Positions 51,669-61,083 of a DNA stretch of 64,000 nucleotides are shown here, one piece after another (position 1 is the first letter of the stretch; every line of letters starts with the position of its first letter). Position numbers and translations under genes: made by a program. The stretch covers positions 1 through 64,000 of the forward strand of contig JBDRRP010000069.1 of assembly GCA_043825735.1 (NCBI GenBank), written 5' to 3'. Under the pieces are notes generated by a model, which saw only the letters and a list, made by a program, of their open reading frames with translations, was not told where the DNA came from and ran no database searches. The stretch is from Pseudomonadota bacterium. GTDB taxonomy: Bacteria > Desulfobacterota > Desulfobacteria > Desulfobacterales > JBDRRP01.

Positions 51669-53516
51669 CTATTTGTGAAAGGTGTCGCGAGGGCCCAGTG
51701 CCTCACCAATAAACGATGACTTCACCGCCAGCCTGCCAAGATAGGACACCGGCCACGAAAGATACAGAAGTTTCATCGCCCGGCTCATGGCGACGAAGGC
51801 GATCCGCCGCTCCTCCTCAATGTCTCCATTGACGTTGGGCATAATCCCTTCCACCATACCGATGACAAAGACCGCCGCGAACTCCAAACCCTTGGCCTTG
51901 TGAATGGTCGATAGGGTCACCCCGTCCTCGTCGGCGCCGCTGCTGGTCCGTACCGATTCGGCATACTCCAGAAATTCACCCAGCCTGTCATAACGGCCGG
52001 CTGCCATTTGCAGTTGATCCAGACTTTCCAGCGGCCCATCCACGGGCTCGGCCATCTCGTCGGCGATGCGCTTATCAAAATCCATGATGAACCGGAGACG
52101 CTCCAGAAGTCCCGCCGGCTCCAGCCAGTCTTTTTCCCGCGCCAGATCGTCTATCAGTTCTGTTAAAGCCCGAATTCCGTGCTCCAGATGCCGGGCACCA
52201 ATGGGCATCATTTTCAAAGCCGGGTACAGGTGCAGGTCACGGCTTTCCGCCCACGTTTCCAGCTCCTCGATGAAAGACCGGCCGATATACCGACTGGGCA
52301 CATTGATGACCGCCTTCAGGGCATCGTCCCCGTCGAAGGTGTCGGGGTCATGGATCAGTTGCAGATATTGAAGCAGAACGGCCACCTCGTAGCGGTGATA
52401 GAAACTGGCCTCGCTTTCGATGCGGTATGGAATCTTGTTTCTTGCGAAAGCCTCTTCGATGGCGCGGGACTGGCTGTTGGCGCGGTAATGGACGGCGATG
52501 TCGCGGTGGGCATATCCCCGCCGACTCACCAGGTCCCGGATTTCGGTGACGATCTGCTCGGCTTCGTTTTCCTCGGACATCGCTTTGAGTTCGATGACGT
52601 TCTCCCCGGGCGGGTTCATCGTGTTCAGTTGTTTGTCGATTTTCCGCTCGTTATGGCTGATGAGTCTTTGGCAGGCTGTGAGGATCTGCGGCGTGGAGCG
52701 GTAGTTGGTATCCAGAATGAACCGTGTGCTTCCCGGGTGATGCTTGTCAAAGTGAAGCACGTTTCCCACATCGGCACCGGTGAAACTGAAAATGCTCTGC
52801 CAGTCGTCGCCGCACACCCACAGGCTGGAGTGATCGCCCCCGCCGGCCAACTGGTTTAAGATGGCCACCTGGGCAGGGTTGGTGTCCTGGTATTCATCCA
52901 CAAGAATGTGAGGATAGGCGCGCCGGCAAGTGTCTCGCCAGTCATAATGCTCGGTCAGCATCCGGTGAGCCTCCAACAAAAGGTCATGAAAATCCAGCAG
53001 CAGGCGCTTTCGCTTCTCCTCCTCGTAGGCCTCATAAATTTTCGCAGCCGGCGCCATTGAAACATCATCTTTGTGCAAGTCCCGGAACTGCTCCCAACCC
53101 ACCAGCCGACTCTTGGCCAATCCGATTTCCCTCAGAGCGAATGAAGCCGTAACCGCCTCCACCCTGAGTTTCTTGATGACCTTTTTCAGGAAATAGACCT
53201 GACGTCGACCGTGCAGCAGCCCAAAGGTCCGCCCTTCCTCCTTAAGCAAACGATGACAAAACGAATGAATGGTGGACAGCGTGACCCGGGAAGCCTGATC
53301 CATCAGCACCGGCCGAAGCTTCTCCCTCATGGCCCCGGCGGCATTTCTGGTGAAGGTAAGGCCCAGTATCCGGTCAGGCGGTATGCCCTGGCTGACCAAG
53401 TTGCCGATACGGGCGGCCATGGTGAGGGTCTTTCCTGAACCGGGGATGGCGATGACAGAAGCGGTGCCGAACATGAAGGCGGCAGCGGCTTTTTGTTGGG
53501 GGTTTAGTTGGTACAT
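51669..53516 (-). CDS. UvrD/PcrA-like SF1 helicase
   Basis: PGSGKT, LTFT, VDEYQD, GDDWQSI, NYRS, TIHKAKGLEF, EERR. Confidence 0.95.
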   Translation of the reverse strand: MYQLNPQQKAAAAFMFGTASVIAIPGSGKTLTMAARIGNLVSQGIPPDRILGLTFTRNAAGAMREKLRPVLMDQASRVTLSTIHSFCHRLLKEEGRTFGLLHGRRQVYFLKKVIKKLRVEAVTASFALREIGLAKSRLVGWEQFRDLHKDDVSMAPAAKIYEAYEEEKRKRLLLDFHDLLLEAHRMLTEHYDWRDTCRRAYPHILVDEYQDTNPAQVAILNQLAGGGDHSSLWVCGDDWQSIFSFTGADVGNVLHFDKHHPGSTRFILDTNYRSTPQILTACQRLISHNERKIDKQLNTMNPPGENVIELKAMSEENEAEQIVTEIRDLVSRRGYAHRDIAVHYRANSQSRAIEEAFARNKIPYRIESEASFYHRYEVAVLLQYLQLIHDPDTFDGDDALKAVINVPSRYIGRSFIEELETWAESRDLHLYPALKMMPIGARHLEHGIRALTELIDDLAREKDWLEPAGLLERLRFIMDFDKRIADEMAEPVDGPLESLDQLQMAAGRYDRLGEFLEYAESVRTSSGADEDGVTLSTIHKAKGLEFAAVFVIGMVEGIMPNVNGDIEEERRIAFVAMSRAMKLLYLSWPVSYLGRLAVKSSFIGEALGPRDTFHK

Positions 53517-53814
53517 GTTGTGGGGGCTCCTTTCTTGGATTGAGGTGGAAACAGAAAAGGCGACCTGAGTGGGGGACAGATCGTCTGGTGGGTGTTTTGT
53601 GGATGGATATAGCTGGGAATATCGGAAGTGAGATCAGGGATGGCGTGACGGTTAAACTGGATTGTTGACAGAGATCGTGATTAGGTGGAAACTACAGTAT
53701 AAGGGTGAGCACTGGCATCTTCATTCTGCAGACCATTGAAATCAGGGGCATAGTTATTTGTGGCAAGCAGTCCTCGGTTTGCCTGAACGATTGCCGCTAT
53801 ATGGGGTTTTTGTC

Positions 53815-54336
53815 ATGGATCGACAAGAAATTGAGAGACGCGCTAGAGACATTCTGCGAGATCATGGCTTATTACAGCTACCCATTGACCCATTGAAAGT
53901 TGCACATGCACTTGAGGTCAGAGTCCATAACGCGAAATTTTCCGAGGAAGACAAATCGGGTGTTGTAACAAAGAGGGAAGGGAACATCATAATATATCTT
54001 GATTATGATGACTCACCTGCAAGAAAACGGTTCACAATCGCACATGAAATTGGCCACCTAGTACTGCACATGCAGGCAGCAGATGACTACGAGATCATTG
54101 ATACTGAAGACAATTTTAGAAGTATCCCTAATTCCGATGGTAAATGGTCGAAAGAAAGAAAGATGGAATGGGAAGCAAACACCTTCGCCGCAGCCCTCCT
54201 AATGGACGAAGAGCTCGTCAGATCCGAATGGGAACACACAAAAGATCTTGGATTGCTCGCATGGAAATTCCAAGTTTCTGAAAGTGCGATGGCGATAAGA
54301 CTTTCGTCATTGAATTTGACCAATGAGTTCATTTAG
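53815..54336 (+). CDS. IrrE/ImmA (M78) metallopeptidase
   Basis: RFTIAHEIGH, EWEANTFAAALLM, FQVSESAM. Confidence 0.92.
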   Translation: MDRQEIERRARDILRDHGLLQLPIDPLKVAHALEVRVHNAKFSEEDKSGVVTKREGNIIIYLDYDDSPARKRFTIAHEIGHLVLHMQAADDYEIIDTEDNFRSIPNSDGKWSKERKMEWEANTFAAALLMDEELVRSEWEHTKDLGLLAWKFQVSESAMAIRLSSLNLTNEFI

Positions 54337-54347
54337 GTAGCTGCAAA

Positions 54348-54743
54348 ATGATAGATAATATACCAGAAATCATTTCGGAGGTATTTAGCGAAGTACAAGA
54401 AGGATACTGGAGGCCTCAGACGTTTGAGGAATGGAAGCAAGTTCAAGTTTCAAATGCAATTATATCAGCTTGGAAAGAACAACAAAATTCGGAAAGACAA
54501 CTGAGAAGGCGTGTTGCAAATTGGATATTTAGCCTCATTTCATGCCAGATCGCTGCAGTGTTTATGACGTTATTTCTAATAGGTTTCGGTATAATATCTC
54601 TTACAGAATCGATGATAAAGGTACTGCTACCAAGTGTTATTGCGGAAATTTTTGGGATGGGTTTTATCGTTGTAAAATACCTTTTCAATAATTCTGGTCA
54701 TAATATTGATAAGTTAATAGAAAAACTTAGGGGACCCCAGTGA
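54348..54743 (+). CDS. Two-TM membrane protein
   Basis: Two hydrophobic segments ending in VVKYLF. Confidence 0.75.
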   Translation: MIDNIPEIISEVFSEVQEGYWRPQTFEEWKQVQVSNAIISAWKEQQNSERQLRRRVANWIFSLISCQIAAVFMTLFLIGFGIISLTESMIKVLLPSVIAEIFGMGFIVVKYLFNNSGHNIDKLIEKLRGPQ

Positions 54744-55588
54744 ATATTGACTTAAGGGAAGCATTAAACACAATTTCTGATGTTGTCCAAAATAGGCCTG
54801 CCCCCATAAGAGAATTCGATCAGATCTACATGAAGGTCGGAGATATGGTGATACAATCAGAATATATAGCCCGTGTTTTTAATGGTTATGAGGTAGTATT
54901 TATTGGTGATGGAGATGCAATTAGTTCATGTGTAATGCATTTGAAAGAACAAAACATAATTGATTATGGTCCTTCTTCCATTCACGTATTAGATTTCGAC
55001 CAGAGAATCGTAAACTCGGTAAATAAATTCGCTAGTGAAAATAAATTGATAAATGAATTATCCGCTGAGCTTTATAATGTTGCAGACCCATTGCCAATTT
55101 CTCTAAGGCTTTCAAAGAATGCATTTTATACAAACCCACCTTGGGGCGCGAGCAATGAAGGAGAAAGCGTAGCGGCTTTTGTACAAAGAGGAATTGAGGC
55201 GATTAAGGAAGGTGGGTATGGAGCTATCGTTATCGCTGATGATCCTGTACTTCAATGGACACATGAAGTTCTGCATAATACTCAAAAATTAGTAATCGAT
55301 AGCGGTTTTGTAATAAATGAAATGATACCCGGTCTTCATAGTTACCATCTAGATGACGCTCCTGATTTGAAGTCATGCACTTTAATGATTAGGCAGATCA
55401 AACGTGTTGAATCGTGCAGACCAAATGTAAAATTATGTAACCATAAACTAAATAATTTTTATGGTAAAAACAGCCCTTTGATTTATAGATATATTAAAGA
55501 TTTAACTGGGTTAAACTACGGGAAAGCGCATGATGGATCATATAAACTTGAACCGTTGGAGATAGATAATGACATTCATCAAGCCTGA
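54740..55588 (+). CDS. BpsA_C/DUF43-like SAM/dcSAM-dependent transferase
   Basis: RPAPIREFDQ, FIGDGD, LDFDQR, YNVADPLP, YTNPPWG, FVQRG. Confidence 0.75.
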   Translation: MNIDLREALNTISDVVQNRPAPIREFDQIYMKVGDMVIQSEYIARVFNGYEVVFIGDGDAISSCVMHLKEQNIIDYGPSSIHVLDFDQRIVNSVNKFASENKLINELSAELYNVADPLPISLRLSKNAFYTNPPWGASNEGESVAAFVQRGIEAIKEGGYGAIVIADDPVLQWTHEVLHNTQKLVIDSGFVINEMIPGLHSYHLDDAPDLKSCTLMIRQIKRVESCRPNVKLCNHKLNNFYGKNSPLIYRYIKDLTGLNYGKAHDGSYKLEPLEIDNDIHQA

Positions 55589-56138
55589 TTCTGGATTGAT
55601 TTTTATGAAAGTTGGCGTTCATGATGGCGAACCTTTTGAAGAAATACTTAAGAGGAAAAGGCAAGAAATAGAAAAGGCAGGTGTCAGTTTTTGGGGGTAT
55701 GGTGGTGGAACCTGTCATCCAACACACCAAGTGCAACCATTTGCAAAGCTAAAAATTGAGGAAGGCTCGAATATCTACCTAATAATGGAAGAAATACATT
55801 CAAACCATCAAGCGACCAGCAAAGTTGCATCCCATTACTCACGCAATGGTATTGATTGGGAGCCAATACCTGATGGCATTGAAGTTAGGGGATCTCGTTA
55901 CGCAATTGTTCTTGATGAGATACAAGATGGTGATCTTGATATTGATTTAAATTCATACACAGTTGGGTATGGAAAAAGTAGGGGAAAAATTGCAGCAGAT
56001 TACATAAAGGGAAGGGTTGACAAGGCATGCATTGAAAGAATGGGCGCGCAAGCTTCTATTAAGCCAATACCCAAGAGTCTAAGAAAAGCCACACACTTTG
56101 GCCAAATCGTCGATCCATATGCCGTATTCGTTAAATGA
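55569..56138 (+). CDS. Hypothetical protein, paralog A
   Basis: MKVG...EEILKRK..E...G.SFWGYG ... DPY. Confidence 0.75.
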   Translation: MTFIKPDSGLIFMKVGVHDGEPFEEILKRKRQEIEKAGVSFWGYGGGTCHPTHQVQPFAKLKIEEGSNIYLIMEEIHSNHQATSKVASHYSRNGIDWEPIPDGIEVRGSRYAIVLDEIQDGDLDIDLNSYTVGYGKSRGKIAADYIKGRVDKACIERMGAQASIKPIPKSLRKATHFGQIVDPYAVFVK

Positions 56139-56160
56139 TAGAAGGACATCGATTAATATT

Positions 56161-56907
56161 ATGTTGAAGTTACCTAATGCTTTTTGCTGGACAAAAATGG
56201 GCGCTGAATCCGGACAATCGCTTGAAATTATCCTTAAGCGTAAAGATCTTGAACGAAAATCGAATGATGGCATATTTATTTGGGGAATAGGGAATGCATT
56301 AGGGGATGCCGTATGGAAATTTGTAGGTGACGTTAAGGATCCGATAGTGCTTTTTTCCAAAATTAAAAGCAATCCAAAACGTATTGATGTTCAACCATCT
56401 AAGGTTTTTTTATGGGAATCGTACATCGATAGGCAGAACAATATTCATGAGATTCCAAAAACTGCATTAGTGTTGAGCAGGGCTAACAGCGATAAAGTTC
56501 TAAAGAAGAAACATTATGCCTTGATTTGCAAGCGTGATAATCCGATACGCCGCGAACAATGGGAAAGTCTTTTATTTGATAATCTCAAGAACTATGATAG
56601 TCATAAAAGCAAACTTGGTTATTCGCAAGTAACTGCAATTGTAAAAACGAACGGCAATCCTAATCTCAGCGATCGAAAATATGATATCGAGTTTTCAGCC
56701 TCTTTAGCAGATCCATATTTTGTTAAGCTAATGAATCCCCTTGATGTACCACTACCAAAACTCGATGCACTTAATAAGACTGTTCAAAATGGTTCTCTAA
56801 CGCTATACGAATGGAAAGAATTGGCTTCAAATTTCCATGTTGATATTGAGGATCATAATAACTATCCTAAGGTCCCTAAGCAGATGACCTTTTCAGAAAT
56901 CGACTAA
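56161..56907 (+). CDS. Hypothetical protein, paralog B
   Basis: TKMG...EIILKRK..E...G.FIWGIG ... DPY. Confidence 0.75.
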   Translation: MLKLPNAFCWTKMGAESGQSLEIILKRKDLERKSNDGIFIWGIGNALGDAVWKFVGDVKDPIVLFSKIKSNPKRIDVQPSKVFLWESYIDRQNNIHEIPKTALVLSRANSDKVLKKKHYALICKRDNPIRREQWESLLFDNLKNYDSHKSKLGYSQVTAIVKTNGNPNLSDRKYDIEFSASLADPYFVKLMNPLDVPLPKLDALNKTVQNGSLTLYEWKELASNFHVDIEDHNNYPKVPKQMTFSEID

Positions 56908-57166
56908 TTTACGTATCTGAATTATATCAAATATCAATATGCTTAAAAATTGATTTTATTCAGTGTTTTCCGCCTGGTATAAAATGTGGAGTCCTTACCT
57001 TAATAGGTAATATCGATGATATCAGTATTTTGAGTTTAACTTTTGGTCGGCATAACATTTGATATGGGATATTGTCAAATCATACGATAAGTGGTTACAA
57101 GCCAAGTTAGACATTACACAGAATGGTAACTGCTCTCTATGGTTTTGCCATAAAATGGGGGATTGA

Positions 57167-57778
57167 ATGAACTCATATCGTCCATATCAAGTTGTTTATC
57201 TCACTGGCGCGCCAGCAACTGGAAAAAGTACACTAACAGCAAATCTTTTAGATTTCCTAAGCCCTCTGAAAATTTTTGCTTATAGCAAAGTATTAGCAGA
57301 TTTCATCAGCCAACGCATTGCATTTCAAGTATCAGAGGATAATCTCCGTGAACAATCCGCACAAATAATCACTGCTGATGATATCAAAGTGATCGATAAT
57401 AGGCTTCTTGAATTTATAAAAAAAGAGAGGTTAAAATCACATATCATTATTGACTCACACGCTGTAACTAAGGAAAGCTATGGATTTCGCGTGACTCCTT
57501 TTTCAATGCAGATTCTAAGTGAAATTAATCCTACACTAATTATTGTTTTATATACCGAAGGATCTGTAGCCATAGACCGTATCAAGTCTAATAATCAAGG
57601 TAGACCACTTGTCTCACTATTTGAAGCAGACTTCCACACCAATTTGCAATCATCTGTTGCTTTATTATACGCCACCAATCTTGGCATTCCAATCTATTTT
57701 TTTGACAGCAATAAACCGGCTCAGGTCCTTGTTCAAGAAATATTGGCGGCTTGTGGATGTAACAAGGCTGCTCATTGA
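57167..57778 (+). CDS. P-loop NMP kinase resembling archaeal-type adenylate kinase
   Basis: LTGAPATGKST; IIIDSHAVTK..YGF; INP.LII. Confidence 0.75.
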   Translation: MNSYRPYQVVYLTGAPATGKSTLTANLLDFLSPLKIFAYSKVLADFISQRIAFQVSEDNLREQSAQIITADDIKVIDNRLLEFIKKERLKSHIIIDSHAVTKESYGFRVTPFSMQILSEINPTLIIVLYTEGSVAIDRIKSNNQGRPLVSLFEADFHTNLQSSVALLYATNLGIPIYFFDSNKPAQVLVQEILAACGCNKAAH

Positions 57779-58340
57779 CATAAGAAAAACAGGCCCTGAA
57801 TACTACCGATAGTGTCCATTTGATCCGCCAAATGCCTTTCTAAGCAAATACCCGTAACATGGCCCATGCAAACAGACATTTCATACATAGGTACTATCCT
57901 GGCCTATGCCGTAGCCCGAGTTGTCTTTAAAGAACCCCTGCAGGCTTGAATCGAGATGGATTGGACTATCGTATGACAGTAACCTATACCAATCCAATCC
58001 TTAACTTCTCAATACCGCCTTTCGAAATTCATCCCACAGAAATGATGCTTTAAGATCTGGCCTGACTCCCAGCGGACAACGTCTATCATTGCGCGAGGCG
58101 CCAATTCCGGGCTCTCGCGGAATGACTTTCTCATTCCCACGGTTTTCATCGATCTGGATATACAGGCAGGGGGAATAAACGAAAGAGTTTCATCCATTCA
58201 ATCGTCATGAGCGTCATCCTTTATCCATCTCACTGAAACAACACACCTTTTCCAATGACGCTCCCCTTGACGATGCCATGACGCCCCGCCTCCAAGGGTA
58301 GGCCCCGGCAGCGTCACACCACCGGGGCTCCCTGCAACAC

Positions 58341-59171
58341 CTACCAGTCCTTGCAAGCATCCGCGAACTGACAATCCCCACACATCCAGCCCTTACTCGG
58401 CATGAATATCCTGGCCTCGATACCTGCCAGCACGGCAGCCATGACCCTGGCGAACCGCCGCCGCTGTTCCGCCGTCCGGATCGTATAGTGCTGCTCGAAC
58501 TTGGGTGTCTTCAGCTTCCGAAGCACATCGAACCGGCAGTACACATCCGCTGTGGGAAATACGTACCGGTTGGCGGCCAGAAGATACGCATACGAGGTCA
58601 GTTGAAGATCCTCATCCACGGTGTTCTGAGCATAAGGGTTCTTGGCCGTCTTGTTGTCCACGGCGATGACATTTCCGGCGGCGTCCTTCAGCAAAAGGTC
58701 GATGATGCCGGTGACCGCCATGTCGAGGGGCTCACCATCCACCGAATAAAGCCGTGCCATCAGCGGCAGCTCAACGCCGATCACCGTGAAGCCAGTCATG
58801 TCGATGCCGTAATAGAACGCCTCCAGCATCTTTCTGCCCATGTCGATGGTGCCATCCAGATCCGGGGTCTGCTGTTTGTAAATGATGGGCACGTCCACCC
58901 GATTCAAATCGACGGTCAGCACCTCGGTGAAAACGTCCTGCAGCTGCCACAGCGGATCAGGCGCTCCGTTGTCCATCAAGCCCCGGTGATACCGCTCGAT
59001 GGCCGTATGGATGGCTGAACCAAATGGTAGCGCGATGCTGATTCTTTCCGCCGACCGCTGCTCGACGTACTGGAACTGGTATTTGAGCGGGCAGGCCAGA
59101 TAGGTGAAAACCTGGCTGTAGCTGACGTGAAGCTCGGATTGAAAATCGGCCAGTGCTTGCTTTCTGTTCAT
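58341..59171 (-). CDS. RecB/Cas4-like PD-(D/E)XK exonuclease
   Basis: SYSQ..Y..CP, GSAIH, GIIDL, VDNKT, QL..Y, C..C.F...C. Confidence 0.88.
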   Translation of the reverse strand: MNRKQALADFQSELHVSYSQVFTYLACPLKYQFQYVEQRSAERISIALPFGSAIHTAIERYHRGLMDNGAPDPLWQLQDVFTEVLTVDLNRVDVPIIYKQQTPDLDGTIDMGRKMLEAFYYGIDMTGFTVIGVELPLMARLYSVDGEPLDMAVTGIIDLLLKDAAGNVIAVDNKTAKNPYAQNTVDEDLQLTSYAYLLAANRYVFPTADVYCRFDVLRKLKTPKFEQHYTIRTAEQRRRFARVMAAVLAGIEARIFMPSKGWMCGDCQFADACKDW

Positions 59172-59240
59172 GATGGTCTCCTTTTCTGAGGCAATGAAAA
59201 GGGGAAGGCCTTTTGGGGCCCTCCCCTGGGATGGATGGGA

Positions 59241-60227
59241 TTACCGGTTTTGCAGGTAATCGATGAGGCAGGAGGCGTCGGCCCGGGTGATGTGATCCAC
59301 CACGGAGCCATAGGTCTGAACGCAGTGCTCGTTGAGGTCCTTTTTGGTCATGCCGGCCGTCTGCATCAGACTCATAATGTACTTGTACTGCTTGCCGGTG
59401 ATGCGGTTGCCGCCATTGGATTGACCATTTGCAGGAGGCTGATTGGATCGGCCGCTGGCCTCGCGCTTCTGCTGGCCATTGGTGGCATTCTTGTGAGAAC
59501 CGCCGTTTTCGCCGGCGCGCGAATTATTTTCATCTTCCTGCTGATGATTATTCGCCCCCGGCTGAGACGCCCGGGTATCCGGCTGCACCTGCTGCCGCGT
59601 CTGCCCCGGCATATCCTCCAGGTCCTGGGTGAACAGCTCAGAGAGGCCGGCAACACGAAGGGTCGCATCGATGTGTGCGGATTTCTCGGCCATTTTTAGG
59701 CTCTTGTTGATGTCCCCGCTGTCCTGGGCGATACGCCTTGCCCCGGTGCCCTCGGCCGCCACGAAACCGCTACCCGTGTGCAGTTCACACTTGAGAAGGA
59801 TGACCTTCAGATCCTCCCCGCGAAGGGCGGCGCTTTCGTATTCTTTGAGGTTCGGAAACCTCGGAATCAGACCCAGCATGCCGCAGATTTTCTCGGCGCC
59901 GGGCTTCCACAAAGATGGTTTGCTCCAGTGCCTGGGGTTGATGCACTCGTGAGCTTTCCCCTCGCTGGCCAGCCGGCACTTGTCCTTTCCGACCACGTGG
60001 ATCTGGCCATAATCGATACCGAGCTGGAGGTTTGATTGAATCCACCGGAGCAGGGCTTTCCTGTTGTCTTCACGGCGCTCCAGGGCCTCTGAGAAGCGCT
60101 CCACGGGCATATCGAGCGGCGCCGCGGGGATGAGGCCGGGCACGGTAATTCGCCGCTCCTGCAAGGTCTCAGGCGGAAGTACTTCTGCATTGTTGATGTG
60201 TCTGGTCTCTTGTCTTTCGTGGCTCAT
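59241..60227 (-). CDS. Putative single-strand annealing protein (Rad52/Red-beta-like)
   Basis: KPSLWKPGAEK, KMAEKSAHIDA...SELFTQDLED, disordered linker, ITGKQ...SCLID tail; adjacent exonuclease. Confidence 0.6.
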   Translation of the reverse strand: MSHERQETRHINNAEVLPPETLQERRITVPGLIPAAPLDMPVERFSEALERREDNRKALLRWIQSNLQLGIDYGQIHVVGKDKCRLASEGKAHECINPRHWSKPSLWKPGAEKICGMLGLIPRFPNLKEYESAALRGEDLKVILLKCELHTGSGFVAAEGTGARRIAQDSGDINKSLKMAEKSAHIDATLRVAGLSELFTQDLEDMPGQTRQQVQPDTRASQPGANNHQQEDENNSRAGENGGSHKNATNGQQKREASGRSNQPPANGQSNGGNRITGKQYKYIMSLMQTAGMTKKDLNEHCVQTYGSVVDHITRADASCLIDYLQNR

Positions 60228-60330
60228 GATGTCTTCTCCTTTTGCAATTGATGGGGTTCAAAAACACGAAAAGCCCGGCAAGCACTCAGGCACACCGGGC
60301 TTCTCTTTTGGGGTGGATGTTGTAGGGCGA

Positions 60331-60540
60331 TTACCGCCAGTAAAGGCCGGTATCCAGGTCCAACTGGGCCTCCTCGCGGCTGCGGTAATACCCGCTCTCA
60401 CGGCTGTAGGGGCCGCAGTTCGGGCAGAAAAAGCCGACGTAATAGCCGGCCGCGCTGCGATGGACACCGATATGAAGCTCGGCGCGGCATTCACAGCAAT
60501 TGGTGACGACGTCGTTCACGCATTCACCGGGCAGGGTCAT
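60331..60540 (-). CDS. Small Cys-containing hypothetical protein
   Basis: AGGAGG RBS; SAAGYYVG..C..CGPYSRES.YY. Confidence 0.65.
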   Translation of the reverse strand: MTLPGECVNDVVTNCCECRAELHIGVHRSAAGYYVGFFCPNCGPYSRESGYYRSREEAQLDLDTGLYWR

Positions 60541-60577
60541 GTGGATCACCTCCTTTCTGATGATGAGTTTGCTGGGG

Positions 60578-60859
60578 CTATTTCCGGCAGGTCAGCCGGT
60601 AATGCTGGTAGGACAGGTGCTCGTGGCACTGTTCGGAGGAAGTCGAGATCTCCGTCCGCCATCCGAGGCGCGCCATGATGTCTTTGAGCCGGAAAATGGC
60701 CTCCTCGAAATGGTCATGGCCGTTGATCCGGCGGGGATTGATGACCAGATCCGGCTTGCTGATGTTTCGCCACCGACTGCCCTCGCAGATGCGGGGGATG
60801 TTCCATGTGGTATGGTTGATGGCGATTGCGACGGTCTGGGCGAACTCAACGGTCTTCAT
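60578..60859 (-). CDS. Hypothetical protein
   Basis: AGGAGG RBS; MKTVEFAQ... Confidence 0.6.
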   Translation of the reverse strand: MKTVEFAQTVAIAINHTTWNIPRICEGSRWRNISKPDLVINPRRINGHDHFEEAIFRLKDIMARLGWRTEISTSSEQCHEHLSYQHYRLTCRK

Positions 60860-60867
60860 CGGGTAGG

Positions 60868-61083
60868 TCACCTCCTTTCGGGTGTGCATGGGTTTTCGCT
60901 GAAGGGGCAGTTGCAGCACTTGGACGGGTCCCGGCAGGCCTTGCAGACCAGTTGCCGGTCCAGGATCTGGGGCAGGTATTCGAAGACCCTTTCGATGGTC
61001 TGGGTCATCGGCAGGCCCAGAGCCCACGAGATCCGTCTCAAGGTGCTGGATGATTTCATCGAGAGTTCAGGGGTGTAGGCCAT
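60868..61083 (-). CDS. Small Cys-rich hypothetical protein
   Basis: AGGAGG RBS; MAYTPELS...CKAC...CCNC. Confidence 0.65.
   Translation of the reverse strand: MAYTPELSMKSSSTLRRISWALGLPMTQTIERVFEYLPQILDRQLVCKACRDPSKCCNCPFSENPCTPERR

Noticed and set aside
58341..59171. cas4
   Set aside because: No CRISPR context; pairing with an annealing-type protein indicates a recombination exonuclease.
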